Of a stretch of DNA of 62,507 bases, positions 55,310 to 62,507 are shown one piece after another. The notes under the pieces were generated by a model. That model had not been told where the DNA came from. It did no database searches and worked only from the letters and a program-made list of their open reading frames with translations. Numbering within the stretch: the stretch's first letter is position 1; every line of letters begins with the position of its first letter. The stretch covers positions 1-62,507 of the forward strand of contig CAYUSS010000005.1 of NCBI GenBank assembly GCA_964447515.1. The letters run 5' to 3'. Position numbers and translations under genes: made by a program. The stretch is from an uncultured Candidatus Saccharibacteria bacterium (GTDB lineage: Bacteria > Patescibacteriota > Minisyncoccia > Minisyncoccales > GWA2-38-27).

Positions 55310-55350
55310 GTTGCTAATCACTCATATGATTACTGAGAATAAGTAATTGT

Positions 55351-55650
55351 ATGAGAATGCGTTTATTTAATTCAAAATACCAAGATGACATTCTTGGAAA
55401 AGCTAAAACATATAATATCCCAAATATGGAATGGCAAGATGTTGCCCAAGAGTTAGATATAGCTCTCTGGCAAAACTTAGGTAAATTTCAGGGTCGCAAT
55501 AACGCCAGCGAGCGGACTTTTGCGATGAAAGTAATGCGGAATAAAATCATTGACTTGGCTAAATCCGCAAACCGAAAGAAAAGATTGATTGACAGCTACC
55601 ATCTTTCGCTCGATGAGCTGATGGAGCGAGAGTTCGCCAGCAGTTATTAA
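55351..55650 (+). CDS. sigma-70 region 2-only protein
   Basis: QDVAQE...LW...KF....ERTFA...MRNKIIDL...NRKKR (SigH/ComX-like region 2); ends before any region 4 HTH. Confidence 0.7.
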   Translation: MRMRLFNSKYQDDILGKAKTYNIPNMEWQDVAQELDIALWQNLGKFQGRNNASERTFAMKVMRNKIIDLAKSANRKKRLIDSYHLSLDELMEREFASSY

Positions 55651-55724
55651 GGATTTGTCGTCTATTGTATTAGAAGGATAAATTAAAAAATTAAAGGTAG
55701 CTAAGGGCTACCCCAGATAGCAAT

Positions 55725-55787
55725 AAAAAGGGCTATCAATACTACTCTGCGATTTTTTCGTGGGGTGTTATTGATAGTCCTTTTTTT
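55725..55787 (+). terminator. second leader terminator upstream of the replication operon
   Basis: AAAAAGGGCTATCAATA/TATTGATAGTCCTTTTT stem plus T tract. Confidence 0.65.
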
Positions 55788-55824
55788 CATTAACGCCCAG
55801 TCGCAGAGACTGGGCGTTTTTATT

Positions 55825-56109
55825 ATGGCTAAAACAAAAACAACCAAACAAGATGGCAGATACTTCCGCATTTCAAGTTTTTATGTGGCGGCTTTCTTAT
55901 TCGCCAAAGGATTGGAGCTGGTGAATGTAGATAAAATCACCGACCCAAAAAGAGCACAGTTTGTTTTTAGAGATTCACCAGAACGAGAAATTTTAGTAAA
56001 AAGCTACAACTTTGCTAAAGAAGACTCGCCAGAAGCGATGATAGATGCCCGTAAGTTTGTAATGGCAATAAAAATGCTAAAAGACAAACTTTATCAAGAT
56101 AAGTTTTAA
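55825..56109 (+). CDS. DUF5659-like small DNA-binding protein
   Basis: SSFYVAAFLFAKG.EL..VD, RAQFVF. Start set at MAKTK. Confidence 0.65.
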   Translation: MAKTKTTKQDGRYFRISSFYVAAFLFAKGLELVNVDKITDPKRAQFVFRDSPEREILVKSYNFAKEDSPEAMIDARKFVMAIKMLKDKLYQDKF

Positions 56110-56111
56110 TT

Positions 56112-56297
56112 ATGGTCAGCCAACAGCTTATTGAAGAACTAAAAATAATCATCAAAGAAGATTATGGAAAAGACTTAGAAATAAAAGAGGTTTCCCAAAT
56201 TGCAAATAATTTAGTGGGCTATTTTAACCTGTTGGCGAAAATTTACCATCAAATGAAAACTCACAATAATGAGGATAACGAAAACACAAACAACTGA
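56112..56297 (+). CDS. small hypothetical protein
   Basis: 61 aa helical ORF coupled to its neighbours. Confidence 0.6.
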   Translation: MVSQQLIEELKIIIKEDYGKDLEIKEVSQIANNLVGYFNLLAKIYHQMKTHNNEDNENTNN

Positions 56298-56910
56298 AGA
56301 ATTTGATTGGGAGTTTTGGAATTGTATTTGGGATTTAGAAAAGGAATGGAAGGCTTCCCTGCCGAGATTTACTGACAAGGAATTGCTGGAGATATTTCCA
56401 GAAGCAAAACAGATTATTCCAGAAAAAATAAAAGAATGGGAACGAAAAAGGGCTGAGTTTTCGGACACCATAAAAAAGAAGCTAACGCTAATCAAATACA
56501 AAATCACAGATGAATTTTCCCAGTGGTTCTGGCGGGAGTGGGTCAAGGTCAATGAGGGTCAGGAGCTTCTAAAAGTTGATGGACATATAGCACGGCTCAA
56601 AAGATTGTTTGCTGTGGCACGGGGGTGGGGGTCAAAAGGCAGAATTACTGAAGAAAAGATACAACAAGCCCTACACACACCAATTGAAAATATCGCTAAT
56701 CAACATCTTAAACTTTACAAAAGTGGCAGAGCATTAGTCGGACCTTGCCCCTTTCATCCTGAAAAACGCCCATCGTTCTTCATTTATCCAGAAACAAATA
56801 GTTGCTGGTGCTACGGGTGCAATCAGGGCGGAGATATTATTAACTTCGTGAGATTGCTTCACGGCTATTCCTTTAAGGAAGCAGTAAACTATCTCATTGG
56901 AGAAAAATGA
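56269..56910 (+). CDS. CHC2 zinc-finger (DnaG N-terminal-like) protein
   Basis: GPCPFHPEKRPSF, WCYGC..GGDII.FV. Confidence 0.88.
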   Translation: MRITKTQTTEEFDWEFWNCIWDLEKEWKASLPRFTDKELLEIFPEAKQIIPEKIKEWERKRAEFSDTIKKKLTLIKYKITDEFSQWFWREWVKVNEGQELLKVDGHIARLKRLFAVARGWGSKGRITEEKIQQALHTPIENIANQHLKLYKSGRALVGPCPFHPEKRPSFFIYPETNSCWCYGCNQGGDIINFVRLLHGYSFKEAVNYLIGEK

Positions 56911-58250
56911 ATATGAGCATAGATAATCACAAAGACCAAATTTTAGAACAAAAAGTCCAAGAAATTGAAAAAACTATCCCAGAAAAAATAGATACATCTC
57001 AATTTAAGTTAATTTCTTCTCAAGAGCTGATTGAAATACTTGGACTAACAATCAAAAAAGATGAGGAGAATAAACTAATAACCTTTTTATGCGAACTCTC
57101 GGCTTACACTGAAGATTCGCAGTTCAACATTAGCTTCAATGCTCCATCCTCAACTGGAAAATCCTATATCCCGACAGAGATTGCTCGATTATTCCCAGAA
57201 GAAGATGTAATTGAGATTGGCTATTGCTCCCCAACTGCTTTCTTCCACGATATTGGGGAGTATCAAAAAGAAAAAAATGGATACATAGTTGACTTGTCCA
57301 GAAAGGTTTTAATCTTTCTTGACCAGCCCCACACCCAGCTTTTGGAACGGCTAAGACCTTTGCTCTCCCACGATAAAAAGGAAATCAGTTTGAAAATTAC
57401 AGACAAGACTCAGAAATACGGGCTCAAAACCAAAAATGTTTTATTAAAAGGTTATCCTGCGGTAATTTTCTGCACAGCTGGTCTAAAAATTGATGAACAG
57501 GAAGCGACACGATTTCTGCTTTTAAGCCCAGAGACAAACCAAGAAAAAATCAGAGAAGCAATCCACGAAAAAATCAAAAAAGAAACTGACGCTGACACCT
57601 ACCAAAAATGGCTGGATAGCAAACCAGAAAGGAAAATCTTAAAAGAGAGAATAAAAGCAATAAACCAAGAAAATATCAGAGAGATAAAAATAGCTTCGCC
57701 AGAGAAAATTGAAGAAAGATTCTTTAAGAAAAACAAAATGCTCAAGCCCAGACACTCAAGAGATATAGGACGGCTTATCTCGCTAATTAAATCATTCGCT
57801 TTGCTTAATTTATGGTTTAGGGAACGGAATGGTTCAGCCATCATAGCGAACGATGAAGACATTGAAGGGGCTTTCAAAATTTGGGACGCCATCTCTGAAA
57901 GCCAAGAACTTAACCTACCGCCCTATATTTACCACCTCTATCACGAAGTTATCTTAACTGCTTGGAATGACAAAAATAAAAACAGGGCTGAAGACTTTGA
58001 AGAAATAACTGGAGAACTGGGCTTAACCCGCCAAGATATAATTCAAAAACATTATCAGGTTTATGGACGATTTATAGCCGACTGGCAATTACGACAGCAA
58101 ATCATTCCAATGCTGGAAACTGCGGGTCTAATAATGCAGGAGCAAGACCCGTCAGATAAGCGAAAAATGTTAATTTACCCTACCGCCTCGTTCACTATCT
58201 CTAAAGGACAAAACAATAGTGAGTTGAAGGGTGGGGTAAATAAAATATGA
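56907..58250 (+). CDS. P-loop NTPase (replication helicase-like) with C-terminal winged helix
   Basis: Walker A-like APSSTGKS, Walker B-like LIFLDQ, EQEATRF. Confidence 0.72.
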   Translation: MNMSIDNHKDQILEQKVQEIEKTIPEKIDTSQFKLISSQELIEILGLTIKKDEENKLITFLCELSAYTEDSQFNISFNAPSSTGKSYIPTEIARLFPEEDVIEIGYCSPTAFFHDIGEYQKEKNGYIVDLSRKVLIFLDQPHTQLLERLRPLLSHDKKEISLKITDKTQKYGLKTKNVLLKGYPAVIFCTAGLKIDEQEATRFLLLSPETNQEKIREAIHEKIKKETDADTYQKWLDSKPERKILKERIKAINQENIREIKIASPEKIEERFFKKNKMLKPRHSRDIGRLISLIKSFALLNLWFRERNGSAIIANDEDIEGAFKIWDAISESQELNLPPYIYHLYHEVILTAWNDKNKNRAEDFEEITGELGLTRQDIIQKHYQVYGRFIADWQLRQQIIPMLETAGLIMQEQDPSDKRKMLIYPTASFTISKGQNNSELKGGVNKI

Positions 58251-58771
58251 CTACAGAAAAACAAGTAAAAGCCAATAGAGAAAATGCCAAAAAGGGCGGA
58301 GTGAAAACGCCCGAAGGTAAAGCTATTGTCCGATATAACGCCCTAAAACACGGATTGCTGAGCAAAGAGGTATTATTGGGCAATGAGGAAGAAAAAGACC
58401 TTGTGGGGCTTTGTAGGCGATTAAAAACCGAATTAAAACCAGCTTCAGAGATTGAGCAAGTTCTGGTTGATAGAATTATAGCCAATTTCTGGAGATTAAG
58501 GCGAGCTATGCGAGTAGAACGAGAAATGATAGAGGATGACTGCAAAGATGAAGATTGGAAAGGAAATATCAAACAAAAAACTCTTGGAGAAGCATTTAGT
58601 TATGATTTTACGAATGCTGACACTTATGGAAAACTTATCCGCTACGAAACCAGTATCGAAAGAGGTATTTATAAGGCTTTGCACGAATTACAAAGAATTC
58701 AATCAGCCCGCAGAGGAGAAAAACCCCCTGCCCCGTTAGCTGTAGATGTGGATATTTCAACTGATAAATAA
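58247..58771 (+). CDS. hypothetical protein, TerS-like N-terminus
   Basis: ANRENAKKGGVKTPEGK...NALKHGL motif, LIRYETSIER. Confidence 0.6.
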   Translation: MTTEKQVKANRENAKKGGVKTPEGKAIVRYNALKHGLLSKEVLLGNEEEKDLVGLCRRLKTELKPASEIEQVLVDRIIANFWRLRRAMRVEREMIEDDCKDEDWKGNIKQKTLGEAFSYDFTNADTYGKLIRYETSIERGIYKALHELQRIQSARRGEKPPAPLAVDVDISTDK

Positions 58772-58920
58772 AATGGGTTTGTTCCGTAAAAGAGTTAGGT
58801 TTTGTTAGGTTTTCAAAAATTACCAAAAAGTGCTTATTTTAAGCTAAAATGAAGTGTCTAAACACTTAAAATATGGTTATAAATGTTTAATGATTTCGGT
58901 AATTTTTTGGAAAAAATTTT

Positions 58921-59517
58921 ATGGGAAGATGGAGTTTTTCAAGTAAACAAGAAGCTGATTATCTTAAAAAGGTAGAAATGTGGTGGCTCAAGAAATACGG
59001 CTATCTTAATGGTTGGAAATCTGGCGGGATTGAATGGAAAAGTGGATTTTCAGACGAGAAAAGTAGTATAGGAATTGAGGTCTGCACAATAGAGAATTAT
59101 ATCCGCTTTTTCTATACTCAAACAGAACAAAACGGCGAGAAAAAGAATTTTGATTATAAGGTGCAACTAACTACCACTCCTTGTAATTACGGCGGGGTAA
59201 GATACTGGTTTATATGCCCGCTTGTAAAGAATGGTCAACCCTGCCATAGACGGGTAGGAGTGCTTTATAAAGCAGGAGATTACTTCGGCTGTCGGCATTG
59301 CTATGACCTGACCTACAGCTCCAAAAATGAGAATCGTAGATATAAAAGCTATCCTTTATTCTTCTGGCTTAAAAGCTGGAAAAAAATTGAGGAATTGGAA
59401 GAAAAGATAAAAAGACCATATTATAGAGGTAAGCCCACACGCACACAAAGAAGATTGGAAAAAATTGAAAACCGAATGATACCTTACCTTGACTTGGTAA
59501 AGAAAGATGGATTATAA
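58921..59517 (+). CDS. conserved mobile-element hypothetical protein with Zn ribbon
   Basis: TTPCNYGGVRYWFICP, CHRRVGVLY, GCRHCYDLTYSS. Confidence 0.7.
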   Translation: MGRWSFSSKQEADYLKKVEMWWLKKYGYLNGWKSGGIEWKSGFSDEKSSIGIEVCTIENYIRFFYTQTEQNGEKKNFDYKVQLTTTPCNYGGVRYWFICPLVKNGQPCHRRVGVLYKAGDYFGCRHCYDLTYSSKNENRRYKSYPLFFWLKSWKKIEELEEKIKRPYYRGKPTRTQRRLEKIENRMIPYLDLVKKDGL

Positions 59518-59648
59518 TGAAAATGTAGCCCAATGTTGCAAATCCACCCGTGAGATTTTTAATGGCTTCCGCCTTTGAAGGGGCGGTCTGCCAGAAGCCA
59601 ACCCTCACGGGAAAGCAACTGGGCTACCAGACCGTCCCTTTGAGTTAT

Positions 59649-61235
59649 ATGAAAAATCTTACAAAAGCAGTAATATACTGCCGTGTGTCATCAAGAGAAC
59701 AGGAAGAAACTGGTTATTCTCTCCCAGCTCAAGAGAAGTTTTTGAGGGATTATGCCCAAAAGAATGGCTTTGGAGTTGCTAAAGTTTTTGCGGTATCAGA
59801 ATCAGCTGGCGGGAAAGTGAGACGAAAAATCTTTAACGAGATGATGGATTACATAAGGAAAAACAAGATTGCGATTGTTATTGTAGAAACCACTGACCGC
59901 TTAACAAGAAACTTCGCCGATGTGCCAATAATTGACGCTTGGGTTCTGGAAAACGAAACTCATCAAATTCATTTAGCCAAAGAAGGATGTATATTGCACA
60001 AAAACTCTAAGTCGCACGAATGGTTTATGTGGCGAGTTAAAGTGGCTACTGCCGAATACTATGTAAGACTGCTTTCTGAGAATGTGAAAAAAGGACAGAA
60101 AGAAAAACTTGCACAAGGATGGCTACCAACTAGACCGCCTCTTGGATATAAAACAATCGGCGAAAAAGGACATAAAACCCATATCATAGATGAGGCGAAA
60201 GCTCCAATGGTTAGAAAAATGTTTGAGTTATATTCCACTGGCAATTACTCGCTTAACGCTTTGGTAAAAGTTATGTATCAAGAAGGATTAAGGAATGAGA
60301 ATAATAGAATTGTTGGCAGAAGCAGAATACACGAGTTGCTTTCTGACCCGTTTTATTACGGCGAGAACCGATGGAAAGGAGAGATTTCCGCTGGACAGCA
60401 AGAAATCCTAATCTCTAAGGAGTTATTTGATAAGGTGCAGGAGAAACTTACCCGAAAAATTAACAGTCCTCAATATAAAAAACATTTGCCAGTGTTTAAG
60501 GCAAAGATTAAATGCGAGGAATGCGGCGGAACTATAACTTGGGAAATTCAACGAGGTCATTGGTATGGACATTGCAATCATTACAAAAATTGCTCCCAGA
60601 AAACTTGGTTAAGACAAGAAAAAGCAGAAGAACAACTATTCCCGCTTTTTGACAAAGTAGCACCTAAAAACGAAAGGATTATAAAGTGGCTGGAAAAGGC
60701 ATTAAAAGAAAGCCATACTGGCGAAATTGATTATAACACCAAACAAAGGGAAGAACTTAACAGAATAATCAAAATGGCTGACGAAAGAATGGAAAAAGCA
60801 TACCGAGATAAATTGGATAGCAAAGCTCCTGCAATTCTTTGCGAAAAAATAATAGCTGATTCTGATAAAGAGAAAAAAGATGCCTTAGAATCTCTAAATA
60901 AATTAGGCGAGACCAGAATAAAGTATTACGAAGCTGGCTACGCTATCCACGAGCTCGCTCTGCACGCCAAAGAGATATACCAAAGCGTAAAAGCCAAGAC
61001 AGAAGACAAAAGACTGCTTTTGAGCCAAGTATTTTCGAACTTAAGCCTAAATGAAGGAAATATAAAGCCAAATTACACTCTGGCGTTCGAATTTCTATCA
61101 AAATGGATGCCTTTAGTGAATAATACTTTCGAACAGCCAAAAATAGGGCAAAATAAACGGAAAACGGACGATTTGGCGTCCGTTTGTCCTGAAATGCTCC
61201 GGCGGCAGGATTCGAACCCCTCTCGGTCGCCCTAG
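59649..61235 (+). CDS. large serine recombinase (resolvase + recombinase + Zn ribbon)
   Basis: AVIYCRVSS, YSLPAQ, DRLTRN, PPLGY, CEECG. Start set at MKNL (59649). Confidence 0.93.
   Translation: MKNLTKAVIYCRVSSREQEETGYSLPAQEKFLRDYAQKNGFGVAKVFAVSESAGGKVRRKIFNEMMDYIRKNKIAIVIVETTDRLTRNFADVPIIDAWVLENETHQIHLAKEGCILHKNSKSHEWFMWRVKVATAEYYVRLLSENVKKGQKEKLAQGWLPTRPPLGYKTIGEKGHKTHIIDEAKAPMVRKMFELYSTGNYSLNALVKVMYQEGLRNENNRIVGRSRIHELLSDPFYYGENRWKGEISAGQQEILISKELFDKVQEKLTRKINSPQYKKHLPVFKAKIKCEECGGTITWEIQRGHWYGHCNHYKNCSQKTWLRQEKAEEQLFPLFDKVAPKNERIIKWLEKALKESHTGEIDYNTKQREELNRIIKMADERMEKAYRDKLDSKAPAILCEKIIADSDKEKKDALESLNKLGETRIKYYEAGYAIHELALHAKEIYQSVKAKTEDKRLLLSQVFSNLSLNEGNIKPNYTLAFEFLSKWMPLVNNTFEQPKIGQNKRKTDDLASVCPEMLRRQDSNPSRSP
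61195..61218 (-). other. tRNA 3'-end fragment, putative att core (tRNA-Gln-like)
   Basis: Minus strand GGTTCGAATCCTGCCGCCGGAGCA = T-loop, 3' T-stem, acceptor strand and G73; no 5' half present. Confidence 0.7.
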
Positions 61236-61356
61236 TGCTATGGGCGGTTCAGTCACTTGAACTAACCACAGCATCACTTCCCTTAGTAGACAATGTTTGT
61301 TTAGTAGAGTCTTCGGTATAGAAAAATCTTTTATAATTCCATATAGCGTTTACTTT

Positions 61357-62507
61357 TCAAAAAATTGAAATTATTCTCCAAGCTAAACCAGCAAATAAAA
61401 GACCATAAACTATTGATGATGCTGTTAAAGCTATTGCTTTTTTAATTCCGAATTCTTTAATAAGCATTCCCAAAGCAATTATGCATGGGATTCCGATTGT
61501 AGAAACTACACCAAATGTATAAATTTGGAGAGAAGTCAGAGTTAAAGATATTTTACTGCCCAAAACTGATAAAAGCATCGCTCCAGTTAAATCTTTTTGC
61601 AAAAATCCAAATGCCAAAGGGATAACAATCACAGCAGGCAATCCTAGCCAAGTAGTGATTGGCGAAAGAGGTTCTACTACAATGTTGGTAAGACCTAATA
61701 TATCCAAAATTCCATAAGCTATTCCTCCAATTACCAATAGAGGCATAACTATATATACAAAATCTTTCATTCTAACCCAGCTTTTAGCAAGAACATTTTT
61801 AACCAAAGGCTTTCTATAAGGGGGTAATTCTAAAAGTAAAGGTTCACTTTTTATATGAATAACTTTTTTTATCCCAAAAGCCCAGATCAAACCAGCAATT
61901 AATAAAGTAGCAAAAACAGAAAAAGCCAGCTTTATGCCTCCATAAAATCCAACTATCCCCATTATTATAGCAATTCTTGAGGAACAAGGTACAAAAGCAA
62001 ATAAAGAAGCAGTATGAAATTGCTCTTTTTTAGATGACAAGACCCTGGTAGCTCTAGTTGCTGGTGCAGTACAACCAAAGCCTAATGCTAAAGGAATAAA
62101 TGATTTTCCGGGTAAACCTAATTTTTTAAGAAATCTTTCTGCATTAACAATAAATCTTGAAAGAAGCCCTATATCCTCTAACAAACCTAAAAGCAAATAA
62201 AACAAGAAAACATAAGGCAGGGCAATGGAAACACCTGCTACAAGTCCGGTTAAACCTTGAACTAATATCATAGCAATAAGAGAGTGTTCCGCTATGCCAA
62301 AAGAAGATAAAAAGCTTTCTGTCAATCCCATAAGAATGCCTTGTATTGAATTGCCAAGATATAACAATGCCCCAAAGATAGCAAGAAGAAATAAAATAGT
62401 AGTAAACGGGCCCCAAGTTTTATGTAAGAGAATTTGGTCAATTTTCTCTTCAAATTTTTTTTCTTTTTCTACAGGAACTATTTGAGTAACTTTTTCTGCT
62501 ATAAATG
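61357..62507 (-). CDS. feoB: FeoB-like ferrous iron transporter, C-terminal part (5' end beyond the window)
   Basis: Frame stays open to the window edge (DQILLHKTWG); LEDIG, GKSFIPLALGFGCTAPA, PCSSR, LLLELPPYR. Confidence 0.85.
   Translation of the reverse strand, partial: FIAEKVTQIVPVEKEKKFEEKIDQILLHKTWGPFTTILFLLAIFGALLYLGNSIQGILMGLTESFLSSFGIAEHSLIAMILVQGLTGLVAGVSIALPYVFLFYLLLGLLEDIGLLSRFIVNAERFLKKLGLPGKSFIPLALGFGCTAPATRATRVLSSKKEQFHTASLFAFVPCSSRIAIIMGIVGFYGGIKLAFSVFATLLIAGLIWAFGIKKVIHIKSEPLLLELPPYRKPLVKNVLAKSWVRMKDFVYIVMPLLVIGGIAYGILDILGLTNIVVEPLSPITTWLGLPAVIVIPLAFGFLQKDLTGAMLLSVLGSKISLTLTSLQIYTFGVVSTIGIPCIIALGMLIKEFGIKKAIALTASSIVYGLLFAGLAWRIISIF

Larger units (their letters stand above)
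50604..61235. mobile_element. integrated element (satellite/IME-like); left border uncertain
   Basis: Integrase ending in a tRNA-derived att, replication module, regulators and RM cargo. Confidence 0.75.

Noticed and set aside
59550-59648. 33-aa N-terminal extension of the recombinase, and similar extensions for gap, nnrD, ftsZ, ppsA, rpsB and 55765
   Set aside because: The extensions run through hairpins or neighbouring genes; conserved domains start at the downstream ATG.
61195-61290. Intact tRNA gene
   Set aside because: The 5' T-stem does not pair and there is no D arm, anticodon arm or 5' acceptor strand.
1485-62485. Many short antisense or overlapping ORFs in the track (e.g. 3357-3887, 23824-24306, 49836-50231, 58201-58572)
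   Set aside because: Shadow frames of well-supported genes on the other strand, with no motifs.

Overview
AT-rich bacterial DNA, genetic code 11 (TAA, TAG and TGA all used as stops). Gene content and style point to Patescibacteria/CPR, Parcubacteria-like; this is an inference. From left to right: the 5' two-thirds of a 16S rRNA (minus strand, with a ~95-nt V3 insertion), tRNA-Thr, tsf-rpsB, rpmE and an N-terminally shortened prfA. Next is a long minus-strand fermentation/glycolysis cluster (fba, pfkB, ppsA, ackA, pduL, gap, apgM, eno, trxB, nnrD, galU-like), interleaved with three type IV pilin-like genes and an MBOAT/SGNH O-acetylation pair. Then an AbiEii-type TA-like pair, an expanded FtsZ, a GT-C/TPR + radical SAM + GT2 cluster, a UvrD-nuclease fusion, SPFH, MscS, and a MacAB-like ABC cluster with an ECF sigma. 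At ~50.6-61.2 kb lies an integrated element (RM fusion, sigma2-only protein, CHC2 Zn finger, P-loop ATPase, TerS-like protein, serine recombinase running into a tRNA 3'-end fragment), followed by a partial feoB. Main discoveries: (1) several families of 27-60 bp palindromic elements sit IN-FRAME inside housekeeping proteins (FtsZ, TrxB, UvrD, enolase, radical SAM), supply stop codons to two genes, and in one case nest inside each other with a duplicated target. (2) Cargo genes are flanked by leftover termini of the neighbouring housekeeping gene (ppsA 3' relic, pduL 5' relic). (3) The satellite-like element has a duplicated motif/leader/terminator regulatory unit around a sigma2-only factor. 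No database searches or folding calculations were run; all family assignments come from motif recognition by eye.
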